A stretch of 64,000 bases of DNA from Octopus sinensis (lineage: Eukaryota), in contig NC_043009.1 of NCBI RefSeq assembly GCF_006345805.1, positions 65,782,001-65,846,000 on the forward strand, read 5' to 3'. Each line of letters begins with the position of its first letter. Position 1 is the first letter of the stretch. Below, in pieces: positions 24,969-38,816 of the stretch. The notes under the pieces are model-generated. The model made no database searches. It was given only the letters and a program-made list of their open reading frames with translations, and was not told the DNA's origin. Position numbers and translations under genes: made by a program.

Positions 24969-25759
24969 TAATGATAATAACAACAACATATGCATCATGG
25001 GTCCTGTGCGCCCTAATCACCCCATCCCCAGTTAAATGCAATCAAAATACAGAGAGAAGAAAGTAATTTGTAAAAACAATGAACATATGTGATTGTAATT
25101 GCTGAGTAAATGATTGGTGAGGGTGGGCAGGGATGGAGGGATATACGAACTCATTGATAATGGGGAACCCGCACACACACATGGACGCACACGCGTATTG
25201 TGTATGTATGTATGTTTGTATGTATGTATGTTTGTATGTATGTTTGTATGTATGTATGTTTGTATGTATGTATGTTTGTATGTATGTATGTATGTATGTT
25301 TGTATGTATGTATGTTTGTATGTATGTTTGTATGTAAGTGTTAGTGCTAAGATGAGCTTGATTGCCATTTGTCAGCTATTGAAGAGCGTGTCTTCAAAAT
25401 AAAAGTAAATGTAGTATATAAGTGGCAACAAAGATACATACATACATATTTACATACATACGTACATATACACTCGTGCATATAGCGATATATGTCCTAG
25501 AGGAAAACGTTTGTCATTTCTACGGGAGATCCGTGTTCGTGTCCAACGGGTGGCTTTCTACTTTATCAAAAGAGCATTCCTGCTCAACATTTACATGATA
25601 TTACTTATAGCTTTATATGCTCCGAGATTCGGTTCCAAAACAAGGAGAATTTCGCATTCTCACGAAGGGTTACATGTTCTTCAGGCGTCACTAATGGATA
25701 GATACGTAGATAGAAATAAAGACAGACAGTCAAATAGATAGATAGATAGATAGATAGAT

Positions 25760-25820
<61 letters not shown>

Positions 25821-26089
25821 GTGGTATATATGCATGTGTATATCTATAAATATATATATATATATATATGAAATGCAATCGCGCGTGTATTGTTGGCGAT
25901 TTTTCCTCATTTTTCTTTGGGTCTTTCTCTTTCCAATGAAGACCTATGCTCGAAACATTAACAACTCTCTCCTTTTACCGAGCAAATTAATATATTGCTT
26001 GTACACGTCCACACATTCGTTTGTTTTTCTTTTTTCTCTCTCTCTGTTTTTTAACTGTTTTTTCTTTGAATTGAATACACACACACACA

Positions 26090-26948
26090 CACGTGGTCTG
26101 ATAAAAAAACGAAGCTAAAGCACGCAGAGCAAAGCTACTTGCTACAGATTGACATTGAACTCTGTTGTGCATGCGCATTGAGTTTTAACGTTCTAGCTCA
26201 CTTTCGCTGTTTGCAGCAGTGTTTGGAAGGAAGGTGTGTAGCGTGTGATCGCCGCATTGACCATGACACAGAACGTTGTCATGGCGATACCTGCTCAGAG
26301 GCTTACGCAAAGTTGTAGAAAGTGTATGGAGAGGAGTGTATGAGCCGCACTCATGAGTACGAGTGGTTCAGACGTTCCCAAGATGGCCGAAAAAATACCG
26401 ATAGTGACGAACGTTCTGAGAGACCCACAACCAGCAGAACTAAGAAAAACATTGCAGGTGTTCGTGCATCTGTGAGAGGAAATCGTCGAATCAGCATCTG
26501 TGATTTACCAGAGGATGTGCAGATTAGTTACGGTTCAGTTTAGTCTATTATCACTGAAGATTAGGTCATGAGACTCGTGTCTGCCAAGATTGTGCCCAAA
26601 CTATTTTCAGCTGACCAAAACGACACTCGGCTTTTAGTTGCACAAGATCTCCTTGATTGTGTCGAGAACGATGAAAACTTTTTGAAAACTTTGTGTAGAT
26701 CTCTGAGCAGGTATCGTCGAAGTTTTGGCAAAATTTGATGCAGATTCTCTGCTCAACTTCTCTGTCACGGTCAATGCAACTATCACACTCTACACACCTT
26801 CTTCCAAGCACTGCTGTAAACAGCGGAAGTGAGTTAGAACGTTAAAACTTAGTGCGCATGCACAACAGAGTCCAAAGAGATAGTATACATCGTATTTTCG
26901 ATAAATAGTCTCCCACGCCAAAATAGGCGACTTGTCGCTTCAAGTGTG
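26090..26948. mobile_element. Mariner-derived fold-back: plus-strand 5' half fused to an inverted second 5' end
   Basis: Plus: DTCSEAYAKL*KVYGEECMSRTHEYEWFRR..DERSERP..VSAKIVPKL. Minus 26690-26875: REVEQRICIKFCQNFDDTCSEIY. Arms 26157-26275 and 26755-26875 are ~85-90% identical by eye. Confidence 0.85.
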
Positions 26949-26978
26949 TATGTGTATGTATGTATGTATGTATGTATG

Positions 26979-27012
<34 letters not shown>

Positions 27013-27036
27013 TGTATGTATGTATGTATGTATGTA

Positions 27037-27067
<31 letters not shown>

Positions 27068-27129
27068 ATGTATGTATGTATGTATAAGTGTGGCTATATT
27101 GAGTACAAACAAAAAGAACACACGAGCGC

Positions 27130-27297
27130 ATATATGACGGGCTTCGTTCAGTTTCCGTATACCAAATCCACTCATGGGTTTGGTCGGCCCAAGACTATAA
27201 TAGAAGACAATTGCCTAAGATGCTACGCAGTGGGTCTGAACCCGAACTATGTAGTTAGGAAGCAAGCTCCTTGCCATACAGCCACGAACCTGCGCCT
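27130..27297 (-). mobile_element. SINE family A head/body
   Basis: GACGGGCTTC.TTCAGTTTCCGT.TACCAAATCCACTCA...CAGCCAC..ACCTGCGCCT. Confidence 0.8.
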
Positions 27298-27560
27298 TTA
27301 AATTACGGACATAAGCCAATAACCTTCGCCTGGCAGGCTTCCGTACAATTCACCAAATACCCAATTACATTCATAAGGTTAAGACTGACCGAAAGTTATG
27401 ATAATAAATATTTTCCCAAGTTTTCATGCAGTGAGATTGAACCCGGCACCGCTCGATTGCAAAGCGACATTCTTAACTATCTATTACTAACATTTATAAA
27501 GACATCACCATTACAGCAACCTCAGATAAGATGTCATAACTGCAGTTTGATATCATATAT

Positions 27561-27792
27561 ATTTCTTTACTACCCACAAGGGGCTAAACACAGAGGGGAC
27601 AAACAAGGACAGACAAAGGGATTGAGTCGATTACATCGACCCCAGTGCGTAACTGGTACTTAATTTATCGACTCCGAAAGGATGAAAGGCAAAGTCGACC
27701 TCGGCGGAATTTGAACCCGGAACGTAACGACAGACGAAATACCGCTACGCATTTCGTCCGGCGTGCTAACGACTCTGCCAGCTCGCCGCCTT
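27561..27792 (-). mobile_element. Full-length SINE family B
   Basis: Reverse complement of AAGGCGGCGAGCTGGCAG...GGGTTCAAATTCC...GCCCCTTGTGGGTAGTAAAGAAAT. Confidence 0.9.
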
Positions 27793-27889
27793 GTTCGATA
27801 TCATATATGTAGGCATGGAAATATATAAGCATGCTTTTGTCCACAAACGCACGTAAAATAAATACATTCACACACACACACACATATCT

Positions 27890-28065
27890 TTTATATGCTT
27901 GAGCCATTAGACTACGGCCATGCTGGGGCACCGCCTTGAAGAATTTTTAGTCGAATGAATCTGTCCCAATATTTAGTTTTCGTTTAGAGCCTGGTTCTTA
28001 TTTTTTCTTTCTTTTGCCGAACTGCTAAGTTACGGGGACATAACTAACCAGCACCGGTTGTAAAG
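27890..28065 (-). mobile_element. SINE family A 3' part
   Basis: GGCCATGCTGGGGCACCGCCTT, TTTGCCGAACTGCTAAGTTACGGGGAC. Confidence 0.75.
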
Positions 28066-28164
28066 CAGTGTTGGGGCACAAACACAGACTCAAAGTCACT
28101 GACACACGCATACACACACACACTCACATAAAACACACACGCATATATATATATACATATACAT

Positions 28165-28520
28165 GCAGGAGTGGCTGTGTGGTGAGAAGCTTGCTTACCA
28201 ACCACATGGTCCCGGGTTCAATCCCACTGTGTGGCACCTTGAGCAAATGTCTTCTACTGTAACTTCGGGCCGACCAAAGCGTTGTCAGTGGATTTGGGAG
28301 AGGGAAACTGAAAGAAGCCCGTCGTATGTGTGTGTGTGTGTGTTTATTCCTCCACCATCACTTGACAACCGACGTTGATATGTTTACATCCCCGTAACTT
28401 CGCGTAAAAGAGACCGATAGAATAAGAACTAGGCTTATAAAGAATAAGCCCTGGGATTGATATCTTCGACTAAAGGCGGTACTCCAACATGGCCGCAGTC
28501 AAATGAATTAAACAAGTAAA
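28165..28520 (+). mobile_element. Full-length SINE family A
   Basis: GCAGGAGTGGCTGTGTGGTGAGAAG..GGTTCAATCCC..GGCACCTTGAGCAAATGTCTT..tail. Confidence 0.88.
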
Positions 28521-28802
28521 AGAAACAAAAGAAATATATATATATATAATTTCCGAAATTTACCAAATTCTTCGGTTGATGGTGACATATTATCTAAGCG
28601 GGTACCAATAGGTACTTCTGCTGATTGTTAATGATGGTTAGTGTTCAGCCCTTGATGGAGTGTAGCATCATAATGCACTAAAGTTGTGGAAGATACACCT
28701 TAATGGCGGCGGAAACGTTACGGAAGCGATAAAAGAAGAACATAAATGACTACATGATAAATTTTTAAAAAATGGATGTTCTCTATTTAACTGGTTCATT
28801 AT

Positions 28803-29086
28803 ATATTCTTTTATTTGTTTCAGTCATTTCACTGCGACCATGCTGGAGCACTGCCATTAATCGAGCATATCGACGCCAGGACTTGTTCTTTGCAAGTCTA
28901 GTACTTATTATATCGGTGTCTTTTGCTGAACACAACAACGTCGACAGGATTCTTTCAGTTTCCGTCAACTGAATCCACTCACAAGGCTTTGGTTGACCCG
29001 CGGCTAAAGAAGACACTTGCACGCAGCGAGACTGAACCAGGAACCATATGGCTGTGAAAGAAGCTTCTTACCACACAGCCACACCT
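28803..29086 (-). mobile_element. SINE family A (internally deleted), head-to-head with the next copy
   Basis: Tail at ~28810-28860, head at ~29030-29086. Confidence 0.8.
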
Positions 29087-29108
29087 ATACATACATATAT
29101 ACATACAT

Positions 29109-29270
29109 AGGCGTAGGAGTGGCTGTGTTGTAAGTACCTTGCTTACAAACCACATGGTTCCAGGTTCAATCCCACTGCGTGGCATCTTGGGAAAGTGTCT
29201 TCTATTATAGCCTCGGGCCGACCAAACCTTGTGAGTGGATTTGGTAGACGGAAATTGGAAGAAGCCTGTC

Positions 29271-29314
<44 letters not shown>

Positions 29315-29520
29315 GTATACGTTTGTGTGTCTGTGTTTGTCCCCCCTATCGCTTGGCAATCGATGTTGGTGAGTTTATGTCCCCGTAACCTAGCGGTTCG
29401 GCAAAAGAGACCGATAGGCTTACAGAGAATAAGTCCTGGGGTCGATCTGTTTGACTGAAGGCGGTGCTCCAGTATGGCCGCAGTCAAATGACTGAAACAA
29501 ATATAAGAATAAAAGAATAC
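29109..29520 (+). mobile_element. Full-length SINE family A
   Basis: Head, body, internal (TA)n and tail GGCGGTGCTCCAGTATGGCCGCAGTCAAATGACTGAAAC. Confidence 0.9.
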
Positions 29521-30070
29521 ATACATACATACATACAAATGTTTCGTTAATTTGTACAATGTGCATGTGTGTATGGGTTGGAGAGTAAAAACGATTGGTA
29601 GATTGATAGGTTAGTAGAGGGTTGATTGGATAAGGCACAAAATCACACCACAAGGTACGCACATTAGAAATTGAACCACAAAAAAGAACTATGATTTCTC
29701 TCCCTCCCCTCCACTGCCGCTTTCTCTCCCACTCTTCCTCTCCCCTGCCGTGGAGTGAATAATCGAGTCACATGTCCTGCTGGAGTAAACTTCAAATTCA
29801 TCAGTCATTCGGTGAGTGAAAGGTGCGCCGACCACAGAAAAAAAAAAAATAATAACTTAAATAAAAACATAAAGAAATAAATAAACCCTTCAATCTCTTT
29901 GATACATTTTTGTTTTGTTTGTTTATTTAAATTTATTCCATTCGATTTTTATTCATTTATCTGTGTAACTTGTCACGCCACCCTTGCTCTTTGCTGACAG
30001 TGTTTACGATGACAATAAAACTACGTGTCCACCGCAGCAAAGCCTGCTACTTCTTAAAAAGACAAGTTTT

Positions 30071-30110
<40 letters not shown>

Positions 30111-30789
30111 TATCACCTTTATATTATTGTTAAATCATATTCTGTTTATCAGTGTTATTACTAATATACCTTTTATTATAGTTCTGTATTACTAGCAATG
30201 TGTGGTTGGTTGCTGTATTCTTATTGGATGTTTGTTCTTTTTTCATATTTCGTCATTTTCATGAACTCAATAAACCCAAGATCATAGAATGTGTGTGTGC
30301 GCGCGCACGCGCATGTATAGAGATACATACATACATACACGTTATACATATGTGATTCTACATATATGTGTGTATATATATATGTATATATGTATATGTA
30401 TATATATACGTATGTATATGTATGTATATATATATATATGTAGCTGTATATATATCTATCATTTATCTGGATATTTGTATATGTATGTTTATATATATAT
30501 ATATTATATATATATATATCCTTAAATCCTTTAAAATGTTTTAGCCCGAAGGCCGCCAGAATGAGATAAAATGGTTAGGCAATAGTTAATTTAGATAAGA
30601 TATGAAATAGGGAGTGAAGTGGAGGAACGAAAATGGATGTGAGATATGCATGGATATTGCATTTGTAGATCCATTATTTAGGCAGAATGGTATACATATC
30701 AGATTCCTATACCTTGTGAGTAAAATCCAATTGTATCTAAAATTGGTCATTCCAAGTATAGAGTTTGTGCGCAGTGCTATTGACTCAAG

Positions 30790-31520
30790 GGTTTTATTTA
30801 AAGTGACCTAAAAGAAGGGAATGTATTTGTAAGGTCAAATCGAAAACAGCAAAACGCCATTCGATGAAAGTCGTATGTACGAAGGAGAGGTTAATTTATA
30901 TTTGCAGAGACGCAGAAAAATCGTCGGACCCATTATAGACTGTTATTTAACAAGGTTAAAATAACCCCTCCCTCATAAACATGGCCTGCATTGGTTCTTC
31001 TCTGATGAGGAAAATTTTGACCGAAATCAAAAGTCTAAAGGAAAAACTGAGAGATACTCCGATCCTTCTGATGAACCCAGGACAGACTCTCTCACGCACA
31101 CACATTAAATTTCTGTCAACTGTGGTGGCTTTAGGGTTGGTGAGGAACGAAGGTCATGTCATAACACCTCACATCTTGCTACAGTGCTTTAATGCTGCTT
31201 GTTACTTTGAGATGCTGGAGAGAGTTGTTAAGTCGGATGAAAATGAAATACGCAGTGGAAGGCCATACACGTTTCAACAAGACTTAACCTCTTCTCACAA
31301 AACCCACGTGATCCAAGAATGAACATCAGAAAAACTTTACGATCATCTACCACCATGCGTTGGGCCTCCAAACTTGCCAGAGTTATTAAATCCTGTGGGC
31401 AACTAGCCCTCAATGCACTGGTCATGATCAAAACGATCAGGAACCATTTAGTGCAGGCATGTCAACAATTCTGGTCCGACATTGAAGCATTCGTCAAATC
31501 TGAAGACGAATTCATAGAAA
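30790..31520 (+). mobile_element. Decayed Tc1/mariner transposase, DD37D (maT)-like
   Basis: HWFFSDEENF, TVVALGLVRNEGHVITPH, SGRPYTFQQD motifs across frames. Confidence 0.7.
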
Positions 31521-32469
31521 ATTCTTACACGAAAGCTTATCAAATACACGTGATCATTTTTGTTTATTTGGATTTTTTTATTATTTTGGTTTTCATTAAA
31601 ACACATTTCATTTTTGCTAAATTAGAATTACCTGTCAAATGTAAATAATGTAAATAATGTAGATTACAATTGTTTTTTACTAACATAAGTATGATCTCGA
31701 ATAAAACTCGTACTCCCATCCTGTCTCTCTCTCTCTCTTTCATTCTCTTTCCTATTCACACATGTATACAATCACATATGCAACTATAAATGCATATATT
31801 TGTGTGCGCGCGCATGCGCCCATGCGTCTGTATGTGTACATATATATCGTTGTCGTCGTCATCAGCTCCTCGTCCTTGTTTCTGAGTATTTCTGTTTTTT
31901 TCGTTTGTGCTTCCTCATTGACGAGGTGATCGGGAAATCTTCTGTCGTGTGGTTCTTATATGTCAGCAATTCCACCATGCAATTGCGGAGCACTCGGATG
32001 AGACCCATACGACGGTGAGGGTAACCAAGTAACTTTATGACTGTCTACATAAATGTGCATAATATGGGGTTGAAAGTCGTTTCAAAATCAGCATGAAGTT
32101 CCTGTTCTCTGCATTTTCTTGTAGATATCTTACACTGAATACCATGTAAACTGTTGTTCTGGACGCACAGAACCCTCACTGAGATTCTTGTAACACTTTC
32201 TCAGAGATAAATGGGAAACGGTCGAGCAGTATTCTGGCGAAGATTTTCTCTAGGATGCTGGGGTGGAATATTCTGAGGTAGTTCCTACTAATGCTGCAAT
32301 TTTCTTTCCTAAATATCATTGAGATGAGGACATTTTTTAGAACTATAGATACATATATGTGCAAGTGTATTTATGCATGTATGTATTTATAGGTGTAGAT
32401 ATGGATATATCTATTTATGTATATGTATATATATATTCATGATCTATTTTTAGAAAAAGAAAACTTAGT

Positions 32470-33030
32470 TCTTGAACCCCAACTCAAACGAAGCTTACAG
32501 AAAGCTGAAAGGGAAAGTGCAGACTGCTCTAAGGAAATTTAAACAGGAGTCGTGGAATGATAGGGCGAAAGGGGCACAAGAAGCAGCTGATAGAAATGAC
32601 GCTATGGGCTTGTACTCTTATGTTAAGGAGGTATATGGCCCCAAATTTTCAATAGCTCCAGTGAGAACAACAAATGACCTTTTTGTGTGCACAGTTGGTG
32701 ACAGACCATGCCTTTCTTTGGCTGGGCTCAAATCTCATTTGCGAACCCCTGGAAAACGAACCTCCACCAACTATTCTACCTATATATCTGTGCACACCTT
32801 TCAATGCAATGTATGCCAGAAGGTCTGCAAATCTAACGGAGGCCTCAAAAGACATTTTAAGATCCACAAAGATTAGAACTTATCTGTAGCTCTTGGTGGT
32901 CCAAATCGGATATGCAATCTATGTGGGTGTCTTTTCAAAACATTGTCTGGCTTTAAAAATCACATCAGATGCCATGATCATTCTAAGGTGTAGGCACAGG
33001 AGGTGATCAAACTCTGCATAAAGAGTAGAT
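32470..33030 (+). mobile_element. Internally deleted RTE-clade LINE: EN-RT linker fused in frame to C-terminal C2H2-type fingers
   Basis: KVQTALRKFKQESWNDRAKGAQEAADRNDAMGLYSYVKEVYGP..APVR joined to CTV(G)DRPCLSLAGLKSHLR, CNVCQKVCKSNGGLKRHFKIH, then after a TAG CNLCGCLFKTLSGFKNHIRCH. Confidence 0.75.
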
Positions 33031-34376
33031 AACTACTCGGAGTTTTATCATGGCTACCGAATAATTGTCACATATTACATTTACAGATAAAGTCCTCTAT
33101 TTACATAATATCGAGGTCTCTTTTATTATTTTGTTGTCTTACCATTTCTATCAATATATATATATGTATATTGTTGATGCCGTGATAATTTAAAAACATA
33201 CGTGAGAACTTGGAATATTTCTTCTTCGGAATTGGATATCAAAGCACATATAAAGCTACAGATAATGGCATGTAAATACAGGCTTGAAAAAGTCGGCCGA
33301 TGCCTTCGACTTGTACCAATTTTATTTTTTAATCCAAATTGTACATGCTATTACTTATAGCATTTATGTACTTCGAAATCCAAGAAAGAATTATGTACAT
33401 TAATCCATATATGCTAATAATCCAATCTGTGTCCTCATGAAGTACGTCTGCATGTTCCAGGACATCAAAGTATATTTGTCAATGTTATATTTCATTCGAA
33501 GTTTTCTTTCCTCAGTCGAGTTCCAGATTATCTTTGCAATTTCGGCTGGTTACACACACACATAAGTGTAGGTAGGTTTGGTCGAACTAAGTCAAGAAAA
33601 AAAGCTCAACACATGAGTATATTAAATAATTTTTATTTGTTAATTGGCAGAAAATCGTAAGTATGAGAAAAGGGCCGAGAGTTTCGTGCAAAACATTTTA
33701 TCAAACACCAAACTGTTGGCTGTTGAGTTACTTTTCTAACTTTCTCCCGATTAAAAATAAAAACATGTCTAAATGTTTGTGAGTATTGTGTATGAATATA
33801 TATAAATATGTATGTAAGTGTATTTTTATATATATATATATTATATATATATATATGCAATAATATATGCATATATACACATATGAATATATATATGTAT
33901 GTATATATATATGCAATAATATATGTGTATATATACATATGTATGAACGTATGTATATCTATCTAGATTAATAGATAGATAGATATTATGCAAACCTTCA
34001 TGATTTCGCAATATGCCTAAACCATCGCAGAAATTGAAACCCTCACCTTTCTATCCACCACTTCTTCGTATCCCTAAAATAAAAACAAAAAAATCTCCAA
34101 ACAATTGAATTCAACTTAGTTCTATAAAATAACGAATCGCGACAAAAATACAATGGAAAGATTTGAGAACAATTAGTGGTTGTGGTAATAGTGGTGGTGG
34201 TGGCGGGGTTGCGGTTGGCGTTGGCATTGAATGGTGGAAGCTTCGAGCATGGCTGGAACCGATAACACCGCTAAAATACCAGTAATAAGAAGATAATGTA
34301 TCGACAATGTATAAGAGAGAAAGAAAGAAAGAAGAAATAATGACAAAAGCAGACACGGTCTAACACATAGATATCG

Positions 34377-34411
<35 letters not shown>

Positions 34412-34598
34412 AATATCTATTTAAGTGTACTTGCATACACACACACACACACATATATACACATATATATATATGCATGTATATATGTATATACATAAAC
34501 AGATAATGGTGTGAACAAGAACAACACTAAGCTTTTGAAATGGGCTATTATAGACCTATAATATATTGTTTTGACTTATATACATAGAAAAAATACAT

Positions 34599-34648
<50 letters not shown>

Positions 34649-35311
34649 GTATGCAGACATATACATAGATACATATTACATAAAATGTATGTAGATTTGT
34701 ATTTTCTTTTTGTTTTTGCTTTGAGTTTTTCCTTTCGTTTTTTTTTTCTTTTTTTTTGTATTTATCTTCTCTCTTTGTTATTTTGTAAAACAATTGCGTG
34801 ATTTTTTTTTCCTTTTAATTTTATGTCTTTTGTTTTAGGTTTTAGTTTATTGTATTTTCTTTTCTAATTTTTTTTTTTTTTTAGCTTTTGCTAGTCCTGT
34901 ACGTTGAGGGTTCGATTGAAGCTAGTGCTTGCTAAGTGATGGCTTATCTAAAATTTATGTGTTCGCATTATATGGAAGACTTGTTTGGTGGAACGGAGTG
35001 CCCAGTCAAAGCCATCAATAATGTATGCTGACCCCCACACGATAATTATAGGCAAAGTAAGGACGATTTCCACCGCCAGCCACACACACACACGTAAACA
35101 AATGAACGGATATAAGCACAGACACATGCATACGCACACAACTCCGCATATAACTTCACACCACACCCTTATACACTCAAACACAGCCATACATTGTACA
35201 CACAGCGTATAGAAACTAATAACTTAACCGTCGCTCGATTACTCCGGTGCCTAAACACACGTTTAACTTAGAGAGAATGGAAAAAAAACGTATACACATA
35301 CAACAAGCACG

Positions 35312-35342
<31 letters not shown>

Positions 35343-35841
35343 ACTCACACACACAAAGCGTAGAACCTTACACACACTTACATGTAAACATTATCACAAA
35401 GTCATGTACTCAGACATACACGTATGTATGTATGTATGTATGTATGTATGTATGTATGTATGTATGTATATATATATATATATATATAATATATATATAT
35501 ATATATACTTGTGCGTGTCCATATATATGATTATAAACACTCATGCACGGTATACACTTACACGCATACACGCACTCGCGCGCGTGAATACAAACTTGGA
35601 AAACTTAGAAGTTAGATCCTACGTATATCTAAGAGTATACTATCATACATTCACATATATGAATATGTTCATAAATACATAGATTTATATCAATACCCAT
35701 ACGCTAAGCGCTTACATATACAGCAACTTGTGTGTGTATATGTATGTATATGTATGTTAATATATGTTTATATATATATATATACACACACACATAAATG
35801 TATATATATATATGTTAATATATATATACACACACACATAA

Positions 35842-35875
<34 letters not shown>

Positions 35876-36059
35876 AATAGTAAAAAGTGAAAAAACTACA
35901 GAAGGCTTGTTTTAAAAGGTTAAAAAATATATATTTGAGTCATTATGTCTGAAGAATGTTATAAATTTTTTTCATACAATGACATAATTTTTGAAGAAAT
36001 GACCGGTTTCGCGTTCAACTTTTCAACGTGAGGGATGTCAACGTAGAATATACACGTTT

Positions 36060-36322
36060 ATATACGCAGCAAGTTTAGATGGGCTGGACACGTCGCCCAG
36101 CTCACCGATAATCGGTAGACCCGCGCAGTTGTCGATCGGTACCCGCGAGAGCGGAAACGACCACTCGAAAGACCCTCACGACGGTGGAGTTAAGATTTTA
36201 AGAGGGCGATTGGTGTCACGCGGATGAGAAAGGCGCGATCGAGAGAGGAGTGGAAAGCGTGCTGTGACCAGCGGTGTCAAATGGACGCCCGACGGATTGG
36301 TCGGTCAAGGTGATCAAGGTGT
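36060..36322 (+). mobile_element. RTE-clade LINE 3' end
   Basis: [45 protein letters not shown]; TCAAGGTGA-type tail. Confidence 0.8.
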
Positions 36323-36474
<152 letters not shown>

Positions 36475-36870
36475 TAATACATATCTACATGTATATGGTT
36501 CGATATGCTTTACATATATATATGTGTGTGTGTATAATACATAAAGAGAGAGAGAGAGAAAGAAAGAAGGAAAGAAAGAAATGAAGGAAGAAAGTAAGAT
36601 TGAAAGAAAGGAAGCATATCTTCACATATTTGAAATCTAAATGTGCATATATATATGTATGTATGTATACGAATGCCTGTATGCAAATGTAGCGTATTTT
36701 TATAAAGATGGCAATTTATAGTATCATAAAAGCATGAAACTACAAGAAGCTCTTTTGGTTGTGTATAAAATTAATATTTATCTCTCACTTGATGGAGTAC
36801 ATTTTCTTTTGTTGATTCTGCTTATATTGGACCTCTCTCTCTCTCTCTCTCTCTTTATATATATATTATA

Positions 36871-36907
<37 letters not shown>

Positions 36908-37424
36908 CAGATATACGTACAGATATACATAATACATGTATATATATATATATGTCCATAGTTACATACAACTTACGATTCCGGTTACACTCTTGTAGAA
37001 CGCCATGTAATTGAAGTGATTTTAAATAATGTTCATTCCATTTTCTTTCACTTATCTGTATGTATTTATACACACTTATTTCCTCTCAGTATACATACCT
37101 GTGTGTGTGTGTGTGTGTGTGTGTGCTGCAGCTAAATCACCGATTCGCTTGGCTTTTTGAAACTAAGATGAGATAAAGTATTTTCTTCTTTCAAGATGTA
37201 ACTGGATTTTATCTTCCTAAGAACTGCTTTGCTTCAGCTGTGCTTGGATTATGATTTCATTATTTCTCTAAACCTGATTGAGTTCTCTGCTAATTGCTTT
37301 GCACAGAACAAATGCTATCTATTCCTACGTGTGTATGCATGCAAACATGCGTGTGTGTGTGTGAGAGAGAGAGAGAGAGACGGACAGACAGACAGACAGA
37401 AAAAAGTGTAAGCATGTGTATATA

Positions 37425-37468
<44 letters not shown>

Positions 37469-37914
37469 GTATTACCTTTGACTTGTTCAAGTCTCATTGA
37501 ACCGATTGTCAAGTCTGGTGGCAATCCTTAGACGTGGATAGTTAATGTTGAGTGCTCCGATACGTTCGAATGATACACGCTTGTCATCTTGTCTTGTTGT
37601 GTGTTGCTGGTTTGCATCTTCATTTTTGTTACTTGGTAAACTTTCGGTGGTCCGACAATCTATTGTGTTCCAGTTAGTATGTTTCCTGAATAGTCGCATA
37701 CATATCTCAACAATTGTAGCACTATCTCAACTTCCGAAGTTAAAGCGGTTGTGTAATTTTCATAACGAATGTTAAAACGCTCTTTGCACATTCCAATGTA
37801 TGATTTTGCTTTCTCAAAGATACGGCAAAAAATTAATCGTATTTACAGGCGTAAAAGACGCGTTTCTTTTACTTTTATATCTATCAAGAGAATGCTCTGT
37901 TACTGACAAAATAA

Positions 37915-38130
37915 TATTGGCTCCAAACTTTGGCACAAGGCCAGCACTTTCGGTGGAGGGGTTAAGCCGATTACATCGACCCCAATGTCCAACTGGTACT
38001 TATTTTATAGCCCCCGAAAGGATGAAAAGCAAAAATGGTGTCGACGAAAGGTGACTTGGAACTCAGAACATAAAGACAGATGAAATTCCGGTAAGCATTT
38101 TGCTAACGATTCTGCCTGCCCACCTCCTTA
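37915..38130 (-). mobile_element. SINE family B variant, degenerate
   Basis: GATTACATCGACCCC...AACTGGTACTTATTTTAT...CCCCGAAAGGATGAAAAGCAAA. Confidence 0.75.
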
Positions 38131-38816
38131 ATAATAGTAAAATATTGGAAACAAGCCAAATTATCACAGCTTGTTCACACTAACTGACGAAAAGTTTTTT
38201 TTTTTTAGAGTACGTCTGCAGTTATTGTGGGAAGTCACATTATCTCATGGTACCTCATTTTCCTTGCATATATAAGCCACGACTGAATATGTCTTACATT
38301 ATTTAATGACAGCGTTACTTTTAAGAAACATTCTAATTATCTCATTAAAAAAATCTTCTTAATGATGAAATAAATGTTAAATTTTCATCCGCCAATCCCC
38401 TATTTGCAATGAGAGGAGGACAACAAATAGCATGGAGCGCCAAACTGATGGCCGACCGCGGTTACATGGCAATTGTTTTCACCCAAATATAAAACAGTTG
38501 ATCTCGAATCGTACATCATAAATTCATAGATTCATTCTTTATTCCTCCTTACAGTCACAATATTGTATTTCCACGTCTCCCTTAAAAAATCTACTTTAAA
38601 ATATTTTGATATAAGTGTATGAGCATATATACTAAATTTTGTATTTTCTTATTGTTCGCAACATATATTTGAAAAATAAGGGTACCTCTTATGCGAGGTT
38701 ACATCTTATACATAGCAAATGTAAAATATAAGTTAGTCCTAGAGCGCACGATGTTCCTAAAGGTCAGCAGTAGTCTTCCTCGGTCACCAGTGGACGTCCA
38801 TCATATATATATATAT

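Noticed and set aside
32670-32990. Host C2H2 zinc-finger gene
   Set aside because: Fused to an RTE linker, lacks TGEKP-type linkers, and has the GLxSH pattern of RTE C-termini.
37487-37699. 70-aa ORF in unique sequence
   Set aside because: Short, no motif, no good splice context; consistent with chance.
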